Shown piece after piece: positions 31,726 to 40,088 of a stretch of DNA of 64,000 nt. The translations under genes and the position numbers were made by a program. The stretch is from positions 124,001 to 188,000 of IMG/VR virus record IMGVR_UViG_3300050120_000361; one strand, 5' to 3'. A model generated the notes under the pieces. It was not told where the DNA came from. It saw nothing but the letters and a program-made list of their open reading frames with translations, and made no database searches. Position 1 is the first letter of the stretch; each line of letters begins with the position of its first letter.

Positions 31726-33402
31726 ATGGCAAAATTCGGCTACGACGACCACAACTCGTCATTGAATACAAACACTCTGAAGCTCTCGAACGTCTACACG
31801 AACTGGGGATACCTTTTCCTGAACGCGGATGAGGAGTGCCGGGCCCTGATGCAGGAGCTCGTTGACGAGGAGCACGGCGGCTTCGTGCTCGTCAAGCCCC
31901 AGGACTTCGCCCTGCACATGCTAGACCTGTTCTTCAACCTGTCGCCTGAGATACAGCCGCTTTTCGACGGCTACGACGCCATGCAGATAGCAGGAATGGA
32001 GCAGGTCTACAGGACCAATCCAAAGTCTATGGTAATGCGCCTGGCCGATGACCTAAGGGAGAACGAGTTCAACGGTTCGGGTCAGCGGTTCGCGGCTAAC
32101 ATTTACCCAATGACGCCTGAGGGCTTCTCTCAATGGCCGTCCGACTGGGCTTTTCCAATATACGTTGACGACAACATGCCAGGCGAAAATGCCGTGCATA
32201 TCATAAACGAGGTGATGGAGTCCTCAGACCCTGAAGAGTACGAGGAGTACTACTGCTACGGCGGAGACTTTTTCTACAAGCGCAAGGACAGTCCTAAGTA
32301 CTGGATGGACGAGGACGACGAGGCAGACGTGTCATTCGATACAATCGAGGAGATGAAGCAGTACATCAACAACGGAGGGTGGGAGGGCACCCATGCGCCC
32401 GAACCGACCCCAGAGGTAGAGGAGGTTGCGAGCGACGTGGACGAGCTGCCGGAAGGTGAAAATGAAAGCATTTGGAGTGAAAAGCGTAAAGCATTTATTA
32501 AGATAGCCCGGAATGGAGAACCTGGAGTTTGGGATGACGATCTAAATGTTTTTGTATTGACCGAAGAGTCAAAAAATGATACTGAGCCTGTTACAGCGGG
32601 AATAGTTGACAAGGCCTCTGAGGCCCAGCCTGAAATAAACTGGTCCGACACAAAGACGGGGATTTCCGAAAAGGAGGAGTACAGCGCTCTTGTCAAGAAA
32701 TTGGCTTTCGCCCAGCACAAGCTCGCCAAAACCAAGAATTCCTACCGCAAGCCTACTCTTGGAGCGCCGCGGAAGGCCCCTGTGAAAATGGAGCAGTGGA
32801 AGAAGGACGCTTTGAAGCGCCTTGAAGGAGAGGTGTCCAAGGCGCTTAAGGCCATAGACCGCTTTAAGTTCAATCACGCCGGTTTGCGTCAGGTCATGAG
32901 ACAGCTAAACATACCAGCAGCCTCTTGGAACGGAAGCGGGATGGTCAAGGAATGGGGCAATTGGACACAAGGCTACAAAATAAATGATGGCGGATGGTCG
33001 CCTGAGAAGGTTGACCTTTACCAGATAGGCAAGGAAAAATTCCTGAACCTTATAAAGACGCTTGAGGCCAAGGGCTTTGAAATCGACGTTGTAAGCGAAC
33101 CGAGCAAGGCTATAAACGGAGACAGTGTGGCATACTTCACCATAGAGCAGTACCATACTGATGAGGATTTGAAGGGAAACACAAAATTGAATGAGGACGC
33201 GCCTGTAAGCCCTTGGGCTTTGGCGGTCGGTCCAGCAGTAGTGCTTTCTGTAGTGGTAGCCTCAGTGATAAGAGAGTACAAGAAAGGCAAGGCTAAGGCA
33301 GAGGCTGGAGGCGTTAAGATGGACGGGGCCACCCGCAAGAAGGTGCTAGTCAACGCGCTTCAAAAGGCGATACTCGAGGTGCAGAAGGCGCACAACTCAT
33401 AA
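31726..33402 (+). CDS. KLSN-domain family protein 1 (multi-module, C-terminal TM helix)
   Basis: LKLSNVYTNW ... LFDGYD N-terminal domain shared with four other ORFs. Confidence 0.7.
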   Translation: MAKFGYDDHNSSLNTNTLKLSNVYTNWGYLFLNADEECRALMQELVDEEHGGFVLVKPQDFALHMLDLFFNLSPEIQPLFDGYDAMQIAGMEQVYRTNPKSMVMRLADDLRENEFNGSGQRFAANIYPMTPEGFSQWPSDWAFPIYVDDNMPGENAVHIINEVMESSDPEEYEEYYCYGGDFFYKRKDSPKYWMDEDDEADVSFDTIEEMKQYINNGGWEGTHAPEPTPEVEEVASDVDELPEGENESIWSEKRKAFIKIARNGEPGVWDDDLNVFVLTEESKNDTEPVTAGIVDKASEAQPEINWSDTKTGISEKEEYSALVKKLAFAQHKLAKTKNSYRKPTLGAPRKAPVKMEQWKKDALKRLEGEVSKALKAIDRFKFNHAGLRQVMRQLNIPAASWNGSGMVKEWGNWTQGYKINDGGWSPEKVDLYQIGKEKFLNLIKTLEAKGFEIDVVSEPSKAINGDSVAYFTIEQYHTDEDLKGNTKLNEDAPVSPWALAVGPAVVLSVVVASVIREYKKGKAKAEAGGVKMDGATRKKVLVNALQKAILEVQKAHNS

Positions 33403-33407
33403 GCATT

Positions 33408-34265
33408 ATGGAAAGACTCAAACTAAGTAATTTCTGGGAAGTATGGCCCGAGCTATGCGCCACAGAACCCAAGTTCAAGCCTTTTGAAATGCTCGCGAAC
33501 GTGTTCTCGACTTCGGACGGCAGGGCGATGCGGGCACAGCCGAAGGAGTGCACGGACTACCTGATGCGCATGTTCTCGAACTCGCAGCTTTTCAGGGGAA
33601 TGTTCGGCGGCTACACGGAGCGGGAGGCCGACACCATTGCCGCAATGGTCGCGGAGAACGGGGACGGCTTCAAAGCGCTTTCAGAAAGGCTCGCCAAAAC
33701 CTATGAGGCATGGACCGCGCTGGACGGGCCCAAGCGCACTACGGACGAGGACTTCAAGAAGTACCTGATACTGGTGAATGAAACCAATATGGCGCAGGAG
33801 GCTTTTGACAGGATTAACGCCAAGGCGACCAATGAAAAGCTTCGCAAGGACCACGTGTTCGCATCCAAGTGGCGAGCCGCAAGGGCCGAAATCAACAAGG
33901 CAGAACGCAAAACGCGCCAATTCATTCACAACACCCTGAACATCGTTAAAGGCGTAAGGTCATTAGGCCTGGAGGCATCCAAGTCGGAAACCACAGCCGT
34001 AAAGGGCTGGCACACAATTACCGACGGTTACTCTATATCCGAGGGCGATATAGAGCTGTACGGCGGCACGGGCGTGGAGAAGTATTCGGCTATACTGGCC
34101 TGGCTTAAGTCCAACGGATACGAGATAGAGTCGACTGAAAAGCCGTGGCGCTCAGGCAAGGGCATGCGCGCCAACATAAGAGTTAAGCCATGGCACGACG
34201 AGGACGCGCTGAAGGAGCGGCACAGGAAAACCGCGGAGAACATTGACAGATACATAAACGGTTAA
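33408..34265 (+). CDS. KLSN-domain family protein 2
   Basis: LKLSNFWEVW ... MFGGYT. Confidence 0.7.
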   Translation: MERLKLSNFWEVWPELCATEPKFKPFEMLANVFSTSDGRAMRAQPKECTDYLMRMFSNSQLFRGMFGGYTEREADTIAAMVAENGDGFKALSERLAKTYEAWTALDGPKRTTDEDFKKYLILVNETNMAQEAFDRINAKATNEKLRKDHVFASKWRAARAEINKAERKTRQFIHNTLNIVKGVRSLGLEASKSETTAVKGWHTITDGYSISEGDIELYGGTGVEKYSAILAWLKSNGYEIESTEKPWRSGKGMRANIRVKPWHDEDALKERHRKTAENIDRYING

Positions 34266-34293
34266 GGAACACGATACAACCAAAAACACAACA

Positions 34294-35886
34294 ATGGCAT
34301 TCAAACTTACCAACATATGGCAGCAGTGGTCCCAGTTCTGGGCGGCAGCCGAAAAGGAGGCGCCCACAGACTTCGAGAGACTTTCCAATTATTGGCAGCC
34401 TGACGGCACATACATGACCGAGGAGCCTAAGGAGGCTGTTGAGGGCCTGCTAAAGCTGCTCGCCGCGAGCGGAAGGCTCATAAACGTATTTGACGGCTAC
34501 GACCAGAAGGAAAAGGGCGGAATACTCGGCGCCTGGGCTGTCGAGGCCAACAGGCCCAAATTCATTGACGCCATATGCAAGTCTTTCGCCGATTACGTCC
34601 ATATTAAGGGCAAGTCAATAGTAGACTACAGCCACGCTTTCGCCAACGGGTTCGCAGACGATTACGCGCAGTTCCCTGAGAACGTTACAGAAACCACAAC
34701 TGGAGCGGATGACGGGAAGCGGTGCTTCACCGTTACAGGTCTTCCAGGCCTGACCTTCGAATTCGAGCAGAATGGTGAGCTCATAACCATAGTAGATGAG
34801 GTCGGTGACGATTTGGGGGACGCCTACGACAATGAGCTATTCAACACGATAGCCGCCCTGCGCAGGGCGGTACACCCAGAGGACAATGATACGGGGAACC
34901 CTGAACTACTTAAGGAACTGAACGCAATACACGCGCAGCAGAAGCCGGTTCCGGTTCCGCCAAGCGCCGTGCCTGACAAGTCGTCATCGGCCGATAAGGT
35001 TGCTGACTACCTAGGAACGGCAATGGCCAAGCACAAGAACTGCTACTTCGCCAAAATGAGCAAAGGCGTTCCACTGCCGGAAAGTTCGAGAATACCGGAA
35101 AGGATGCTCAAATGGGCGCTGTCCTGCTCGCTCCCTGAAAAGGGGGTTGATGACTTCAAAAAGGCTCTTAAGGCTATGGCGATACCCGGACTGCGCGTCA
35201 GCAAGGGGCCTTCCCGCGGGAAGAACGCTCCGGCGTACTACGTTGTTCAGTGCCCGATTGAGGAGACCAAGGTTGAGGCGAAGACCGACGTGATACACCT
35301 GGCGTCATACTCTGAGGGTTGGAGCAGCCTCGGCGAACAGGACATTGAATACTTCATGGACATATGCAGCCAGTTCCTCGCCGCCCCGGACAAAACAACT
35401 TTCTGGGACAGCCTGCGCTTCCAGATAACCAAGCTATTGCCGGGCGACGCTGAGGACATTGACCAGGCAGACATTGGTGAACGCATGGCCACAGTGAAGA
35501 CCCTGCTCCAGTACCTCAAGAAGGACCTGGCCTGGGACAAGAAGAACACCCGCGAGTACAACTCCAGGGCCAAGGCGATAGCTGACGGCAGCAAGGCCAT
35601 ATCCAAAATATCCGATGATGACATAGAGTACTTGGGAGACGCCGACAGGCCGATACTTGTCAAGATACTTACCGACTACCACCTCGGAAACCTCATAGGC
35701 AAGGTGAAGCCGAAGTCGAAAATAGTGATAGAGGCCCGCGACTACACCGAAACCGACAACTCAAACAACAGGTACACGTTCACCAAGACATACGTTGACG
35801 GCTACGTGTCAATAGACGGTTCGGAGACTGAATTCGAAAGAATACAGATTGGCTCGAGCGGCTTCGACCACTTCCCCGAGAGCTGA
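34294..35886 (+). CDS. KLSN-domain family protein 3 (multi-module)
   Basis: FKLTNIWQQW ... VFDGYD ... ANRPK. Confidence 0.7.
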   Translation: MAFKLTNIWQQWSQFWAAAEKEAPTDFERLSNYWQPDGTYMTEEPKEAVEGLLKLLAASGRLINVFDGYDQKEKGGILGAWAVEANRPKFIDAICKSFADYVHIKGKSIVDYSHAFANGFADDYAQFPENVTETTTGADDGKRCFTVTGLPGLTFEFEQNGELITIVDEVGDDLGDAYDNELFNTIAALRRAVHPEDNDTGNPELLKELNAIHAQQKPVPVPPSAVPDKSSSADKVADYLGTAMAKHKNCYFAKMSKGVPLPESSRIPERMLKWALSCSLPEKGVDDFKKALKAMAIPGLRVSKGPSRGKNAPAYYVVQCPIEETKVEAKTDVIHLASYSEGWSSLGEQDIEYFMDICSQFLAAPDKTTFWDSLRFQITKLLPGDAEDIDQADIGERMATVKTLLQYLKKDLAWDKKNTREYNSRAKAIADGSKAISKISDDDIEYLGDADRPILVKILTDYHLGNLIGKVKPKSKIVIEARDYTETDNSNNRYTFTKTYVDGYVSIDGSETEFERIQIGSSGFDHFPES

Positions 35887-35947
35887 TAGCGGAAAAAACG
35901 CAAAAGACAAAAACGCATAGATAGTTCATTACGCCGAACAGACGACA

Positions 35948-36358
35948 ATGGCGATAAGGATAAGAGACAAGACACAAAAACCCGTTGATGCTGGGGTTAG
36001 CAGAAAAGACGACCGCAATGGCCAGTCGCAACCCACCAAAGAAACCAACAAGGACGCACCTATTCCGGATGTCCGTAGCTTCAGAGAACAGGCCATACTG
36101 GTCATTAACACACTCGAGTCGGAGGGCATAGACCTGTACGACAAAGCAAGAACTCCAGGAATGTATTTGAAAAGGAGGGGGACCGCAATGGTGCCTGACC
36201 AACTAATTCAGAAAATTCTATCTGGGAACGACGACCAAGCATCGACTTTGAACGCGAAGCAGCCAACATCAACGGGAAACAATAGCGAGGCAAAGGCCGG
36301 CGGAGAGCAACTCCCGCCCGGCCTTGTCGCATTTCTGACAAAGAACAAGAAACCATAA
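35948..36358 (+). CDS. hypothetical protein
   Basis: + strand ORF preceded by TAGATA. Confidence 0.55.
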   Translation: MAIRIRDKTQKPVDAGVSRKDDRNGQSQPTKETNKDAPIPDVRSFREQAILVINTLESEGIDLYDKARTPGMYLKRRGTAMVPDQLIQKILSGNDDQASTLNAKQPTSTGNNSEAKAGGEQLPPGLVAFLTKNKKP

Positions 36359-36361
36359 ATA
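36356..36361 (+). promoter_or_regulatory. putative late promoter TAAATA
   Basis: CATAAATA upstream of the gp26-like gene. Confidence 0.45.
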
Positions 36362-36371
36362 ACAGCATAAC

Positions 36372-37373
36372 ATGTCAACAGAGAAAGACGAAATCAAGAA
36401 GCAAAAACTGGCCGAGCTCGAACAGCTTGAAAGCACCGCCAAAGGAACCGAACCGGAAGCAGCGCCAATCGAAACCGAGACTCAGCCCGAGGACGAGGAC
36501 GACAACATAGTGCGCATGGACGCTCCAAAAATGATTGACGGCTACCGCATACTCGCAAGGCCGAACATGCCATTCGGCGGCGCGCTGTACCCGCCGTCTT
36601 GGACCTTCGCCTACAAGTGCCCAATTTCCAAGCAGATCGCGAACTTCTCCACGCTCAACGAGCAGGACCAGCCCGCGATAGTGGCTGCCATCGAGGAACT
36701 GGTTAAGGCCTGCTTCGTGATACTGGACGAGAACAACGGACAGACAATAGACACTGGCGAACTGAACGACGGCGACAGGCTGTTCTTCTTCCTGCTCCTG
36801 CGCGAATTTTACCTGCACGACAAGCCCATCACGTACACCACAATAAGCCAGAACTGGCAGGAGCCCGTACAGGTAGAGCTGCTCGCCTCCAGGCTGAAGT
36901 ACAAGACACTCAGCGCCGGCCTTCTCGCGTGCTTTGACGGCCGCATATTCACGATACCGGTTAACGAAGAGTCCGAGCCGATAGTGTTCCGCGTCCCTAC
37001 TTTCAAGGCTTCTGGCAAGGTGTTCCGGCACATAGTCAAGGTGTACCGAGACAGCCAGAACGCGGACGAGACAGAGAGCAAGAAGATGCTTGACGACGAG
37101 TCGTTCAACAAGCAGTTCCTGCTGGTGGCGCCGTTCCTTTTCGTTACCGGCAACGAGACAATAGACGCCCTCAAGACCAAGTTCAAGAAGATACAGTACA
37201 ATGAGGACCTACTCAACAGCTACCTCACGGTGATAAACAAGCTCAAACTGGACAACATGGAGCGCATCGCCTACACGTACAAGGGCTCTGAGGAGGAGAC
37301 CCTGATGCGATTTCCCGGAGGATGGAAGAACATGTTTATCGATAACCAGGCTTTCGGAGGAATATTCGACTAA
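36372..37373 (+). CDS. baseplate hub assembly / tail assembly chaperone, gp26-like
   Basis: ELNDGDRLFFFLLLREF and FRVPT motifs; upstream of the tape measure gene. Confidence 0.55.
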   Translation: MSTEKDEIKKQKLAELEQLESTAKGTEPEAAPIETETQPEDEDDNIVRMDAPKMIDGYRILARPNMPFGGALYPPSWTFAYKCPISKQIANFSTLNEQDQPAIVAAIEELVKACFVILDENNGQTIDTGELNDGDRLFFFLLLREFYLHDKPITYTTISQNWQEPVQVELLASRLKYKTLSAGLLACFDGRIFTIPVNEESEPIVFRVPTFKASGKVFRHIVKVYRDSQNADETESKKMLDDESFNKQFLLVAPFLFVTGNETIDALKTKFKKIQYNEDLLNSYLTVINKLKLDNMERIAYTYKGSEEETLMRFPGGWKNMFIDNQAFGGIFD

Positions 37374-37376
37374 GAT

Positions 37377-37725
37377 ATGGGGGCCGAAGGAGGAAAAGAA
37401 GACAGCATTCCCTACCTGGTCTGAACTCTACTCGGCGAGCAAAATCGACTGGAACAGCTACTACGAGTCGGCTATAATACTGTCCGTAAAGAGCCACAAC
37501 AGCTTTGAGCAGATAGAGAACCTGGAGTTCTTTAAGTTCAATTTGCTGATGAAGTACCTGAATATATACATAGAGAACGAGAACAAACAGCAACAAAGCC
37601 CCGAAGACGCCGAAAACAAGAAGGACGAACTAATGCAGCAGTCCGCCAAGCACATGGCGGAAGCCAAGAAGAATATGCCGAAAGCGCCTAAGATGCCGAC
37701 AATAAAAGCACCAAAACTGAAGTAA
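37377..37725 (+). CDS. gp51-like baseplate hub assembly protein; 5' end unresolved (needs a +1 shift or non-AUG start)
   Basis: Frame open from 37306 to 37725 reads YYESAIILSVKSHNSFEQIENLEFFKFNLLMKYLNIYIENENK; first canonical start (TTG 37543) lies inside the conserved-looking region. Confidence 0.5.
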
Positions 37726-37735
37726 AAACACGGAA

Positions 37736-39565
37736 ATGAGCAGACTGAACAACCTCAACGAAGCGGTAATAGACACCACCAAATTCACAGGAAATGGCGG
37801 CGGTGACTTGAACATCAGACTCGCTAAGAAAGGCGCTGGAAAGTCCCTGCTTGACGACATTGAGGACGAGGACGCCGGCGCATTTGCGCCCCTTTTGCCT
37901 AACGACATTGTAGACACAAAGACAATAGCGCAGAGGCTCGCTGAAAAGAATGAGCAGTTGGCAGCCCAAACAGTTAAGGACACGAACAGGGCCGCCGAGC
38001 TTAAGGCGCTGATGCAGCTCAGGCAGAAGAAGCGCCCCGAGATAAGGCACCAGAAAACCGAGAAACAGGACCTGAACGCACAACTGCTCGACAGAACCGA
38101 TGCCGAGGAAATGCAGCTGCAGCTGCAGAACAGGCAGTTGATACAGGACTACACCGAGGCAACCGGCAACCGGCTCCCTGAAGACACTGAAATGGTGGAG
38201 ACCGTGGAGCAGATTGAGGAGGCGCTTGACGAGATACCGACAGGCGACAAGGAGGTCACGCTCGCGGACTTCGACATCGTTCCGACACCAATCCGCAAGG
38301 ACAAGACGGGCTACACAAAGACCCTCGTAACCATAAAGAAGGGCTCCGTTCCACAGGAGATGAGCGCGCTCGCCACTGAGGTTAAGAAGCTGTCCAAGGG
38401 CGTGATAAGGCACCGCATAATGGACATGCGCACCATAGCGAACACCAACAAGACGCAGCTGCGCGGGTCTGATTTAAAGCTCGGCCTCGTGTCAATAAAC
38501 TTCAAGCCCGACGGCGAGAGCCGCGTCAACAAGGGCACCAGGTTCATAGTGTCCGTTCCGGAGGACTTCCAATCCTCACGGGACGTTGTCGTGTACATAC
38601 AGGAAAGCCGCGACAAGACGATACTGGTCCTGAAAGGGAACACTTTCTCCAACTGGCCGACAATGCAGGAATTCCTTGCCGAGGCCATAGCGAATTACTA
38701 CCAGTACGGGTTCGCTTCAACCAAGACCATGCTCAAATCCAACGGCATAAGCAATCCGCTCCTTGCCGTGGTTAAGTCGGTTTCATCCTCTGGGAGATAC
38801 ACGGTCGAGCCGAAGACGGACGCCGAAGGGCGCATCGAGCAGCTAACCATAGAGAGCAAGGGCACTGACAACCAGTGGCTTCGCGTCGTGGTGCTCGAGG
38901 GGCAGCTTGCTGCGACATACAAGGTCAAGTGCCGTTCCGAGATTGACACCAATTGGTCAGTGGACATAAACAACCCAAAAGGGCATCCTCTCACCATACT
39001 GGACCTGAACGGGGACAAGTTCATAGGCATACTTGACAAGCTTTACGCGAAACAGGACTGGGGAATGGACTCTGGTGGAAGCAGGGAATACTACATGCTT
39101 GCCAAGCTGACCTACCGTGCGCTGAGGGACGCGTTCGTCAGGATGTGGACTATAGTGGATGAGCCGGAGACCAACGCAATAGGCCTGGTCATTGGCGGCA
39201 CGCTTTCGCAGAAGGACACCGCAAAGGACATACCAGGCTCGTACGCCGCGGAGGGCATTATAGGCAAGACCAGCCATTTCGACTACTTCATACTGACCTA
39301 CCTTGCGGTGCAGGAACTGGGCGGCGACAAGCGCAATCCGCAGGAGTACATCACCACGGACGAGTACCATGAAAAGTACAACATAGCCAACAGGGGCAGG
39401 TACCAGGACAGACCCGCTACCATTCTCAAGAAAGAGGGCGAAAAGCGCAACTACCACGCAAGGGTGTACAAGTTCCAGCTCGAATACGAAATAGCCGGCA
39501 GCAAGCACAAGCTTGTCAACAGCTCATTGGATGCCATACTCGAAGAGAGCGGCCTGCTCAAATAA
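37736..39565 (+). CDS. hypothetical protein, possible head-internal protein
   Basis: 609 aa; N-terminal NLNEAV; charged coiled-coil N-terminal half. Confidence 0.6.
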   Translation: MSRLNNLNEAVIDTTKFTGNGGGDLNIRLAKKGAGKSLLDDIEDEDAGAFAPLLPNDIVDTKTIAQRLAEKNEQLAAQTVKDTNRAAELKALMQLRQKKRPEIRHQKTEKQDLNAQLLDRTDAEEMQLQLQNRQLIQDYTEATGNRLPEDTEMVETVEQIEEALDEIPTGDKEVTLADFDIVPTPIRKDKTGYTKTLVTIKKGSVPQEMSALATEVKKLSKGVIRHRIMDMRTIANTNKTQLRGSDLKLGLVSINFKPDGESRVNKGTRFIVSVPEDFQSSRDVVVYIQESRDKTILVLKGNTFSNWPTMQEFLAEAIANYYQYGFASTKTMLKSNGISNPLLAVVKSVSSSGRYTVEPKTDAEGRIEQLTIESKGTDNQWLRVVVLEGQLAATYKVKCRSEIDTNWSVDINNPKGHPLTILDLNGDKFIGILDKLYAKQDWGMDSGGSREYYMLAKLTYRALRDAFVRMWTIVDEPETNAIGLVIGGTLSQKDTAKDIPGSYAAEGIIGKTSHFDYFILTYLAVQELGGDKRNPQEYITTDEYHEKYNIANRGRYQDRPATILKKEGEKRNYHARVYKFQLEYEIAGSKHKLVNSSLDAILEESGLLK

Positions 39566-39575
39566 ACAAAATCAG

Positions 39576-39893
39576 ATGAAGATAGAGAACATATCCCAGG
39601 ACCGTCAGACCAAACTGATGATGGCCATTGAGGCTAACGCATCAAGCGTTAGGCGCAGAAACGTTTCCTATACGATATACTGCTATTCTGATTTCATGGG
39701 AGTAATAACCCTTACCGTGTCCGGCAAAAGAGGAAGCGTGACAAAGGCAATTGCTGTGAACTTTGACTTGCTGCTTGAGCGTTGGACTGTTTTCTCAGAT
39801 GGCAAGAAGTACACGCTAGACCAGTTGTCCGAACTTCAGGCAATTATGAAGAGCATTGTGGCCAAGGAAACTACGAACGCGGGCAAGATATAG
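39576..39893 (+). CDS. hypothetical protein
   Basis: Start moved to in-frame ATG 39576 after an A-rich leader, removing the overlap with the upstream gene. Confidence 0.55.
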   Translation: MKIENISQDRQTKLMMAIEANASSVRRRNVSYTIYCYSDFMGVITLTVSGKRGSVTKAIAVNFDLLLERWTVFSDGKKYTLDQLSELQAIMKSIVAKETTNAGKI

Positions 39894-39912
39894 CGGGTAC
39901 GCCCCGCGTTTT
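39893..39912 (+). terminator. possible short intrinsic terminator
   Basis: GCGGG-TACGC-CCCGC followed by GTTTT. Confidence 0.35.
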
Positions 39913-40088
39913 GCCCCAAAAACGGCCAGTTTAATTATGGAGAAAAAACGTTAACTCAGTAGAAGAATATATAGCTGTGTGGAAATAAACGAACCAAATC
40001 TGGTTAATTTTCCCACAAACCAATCGAAAATGAGGTATTTGGGTCCTACGGTCAGCATAGAAGAAAATTTCAATCAAATCGGCACTTT

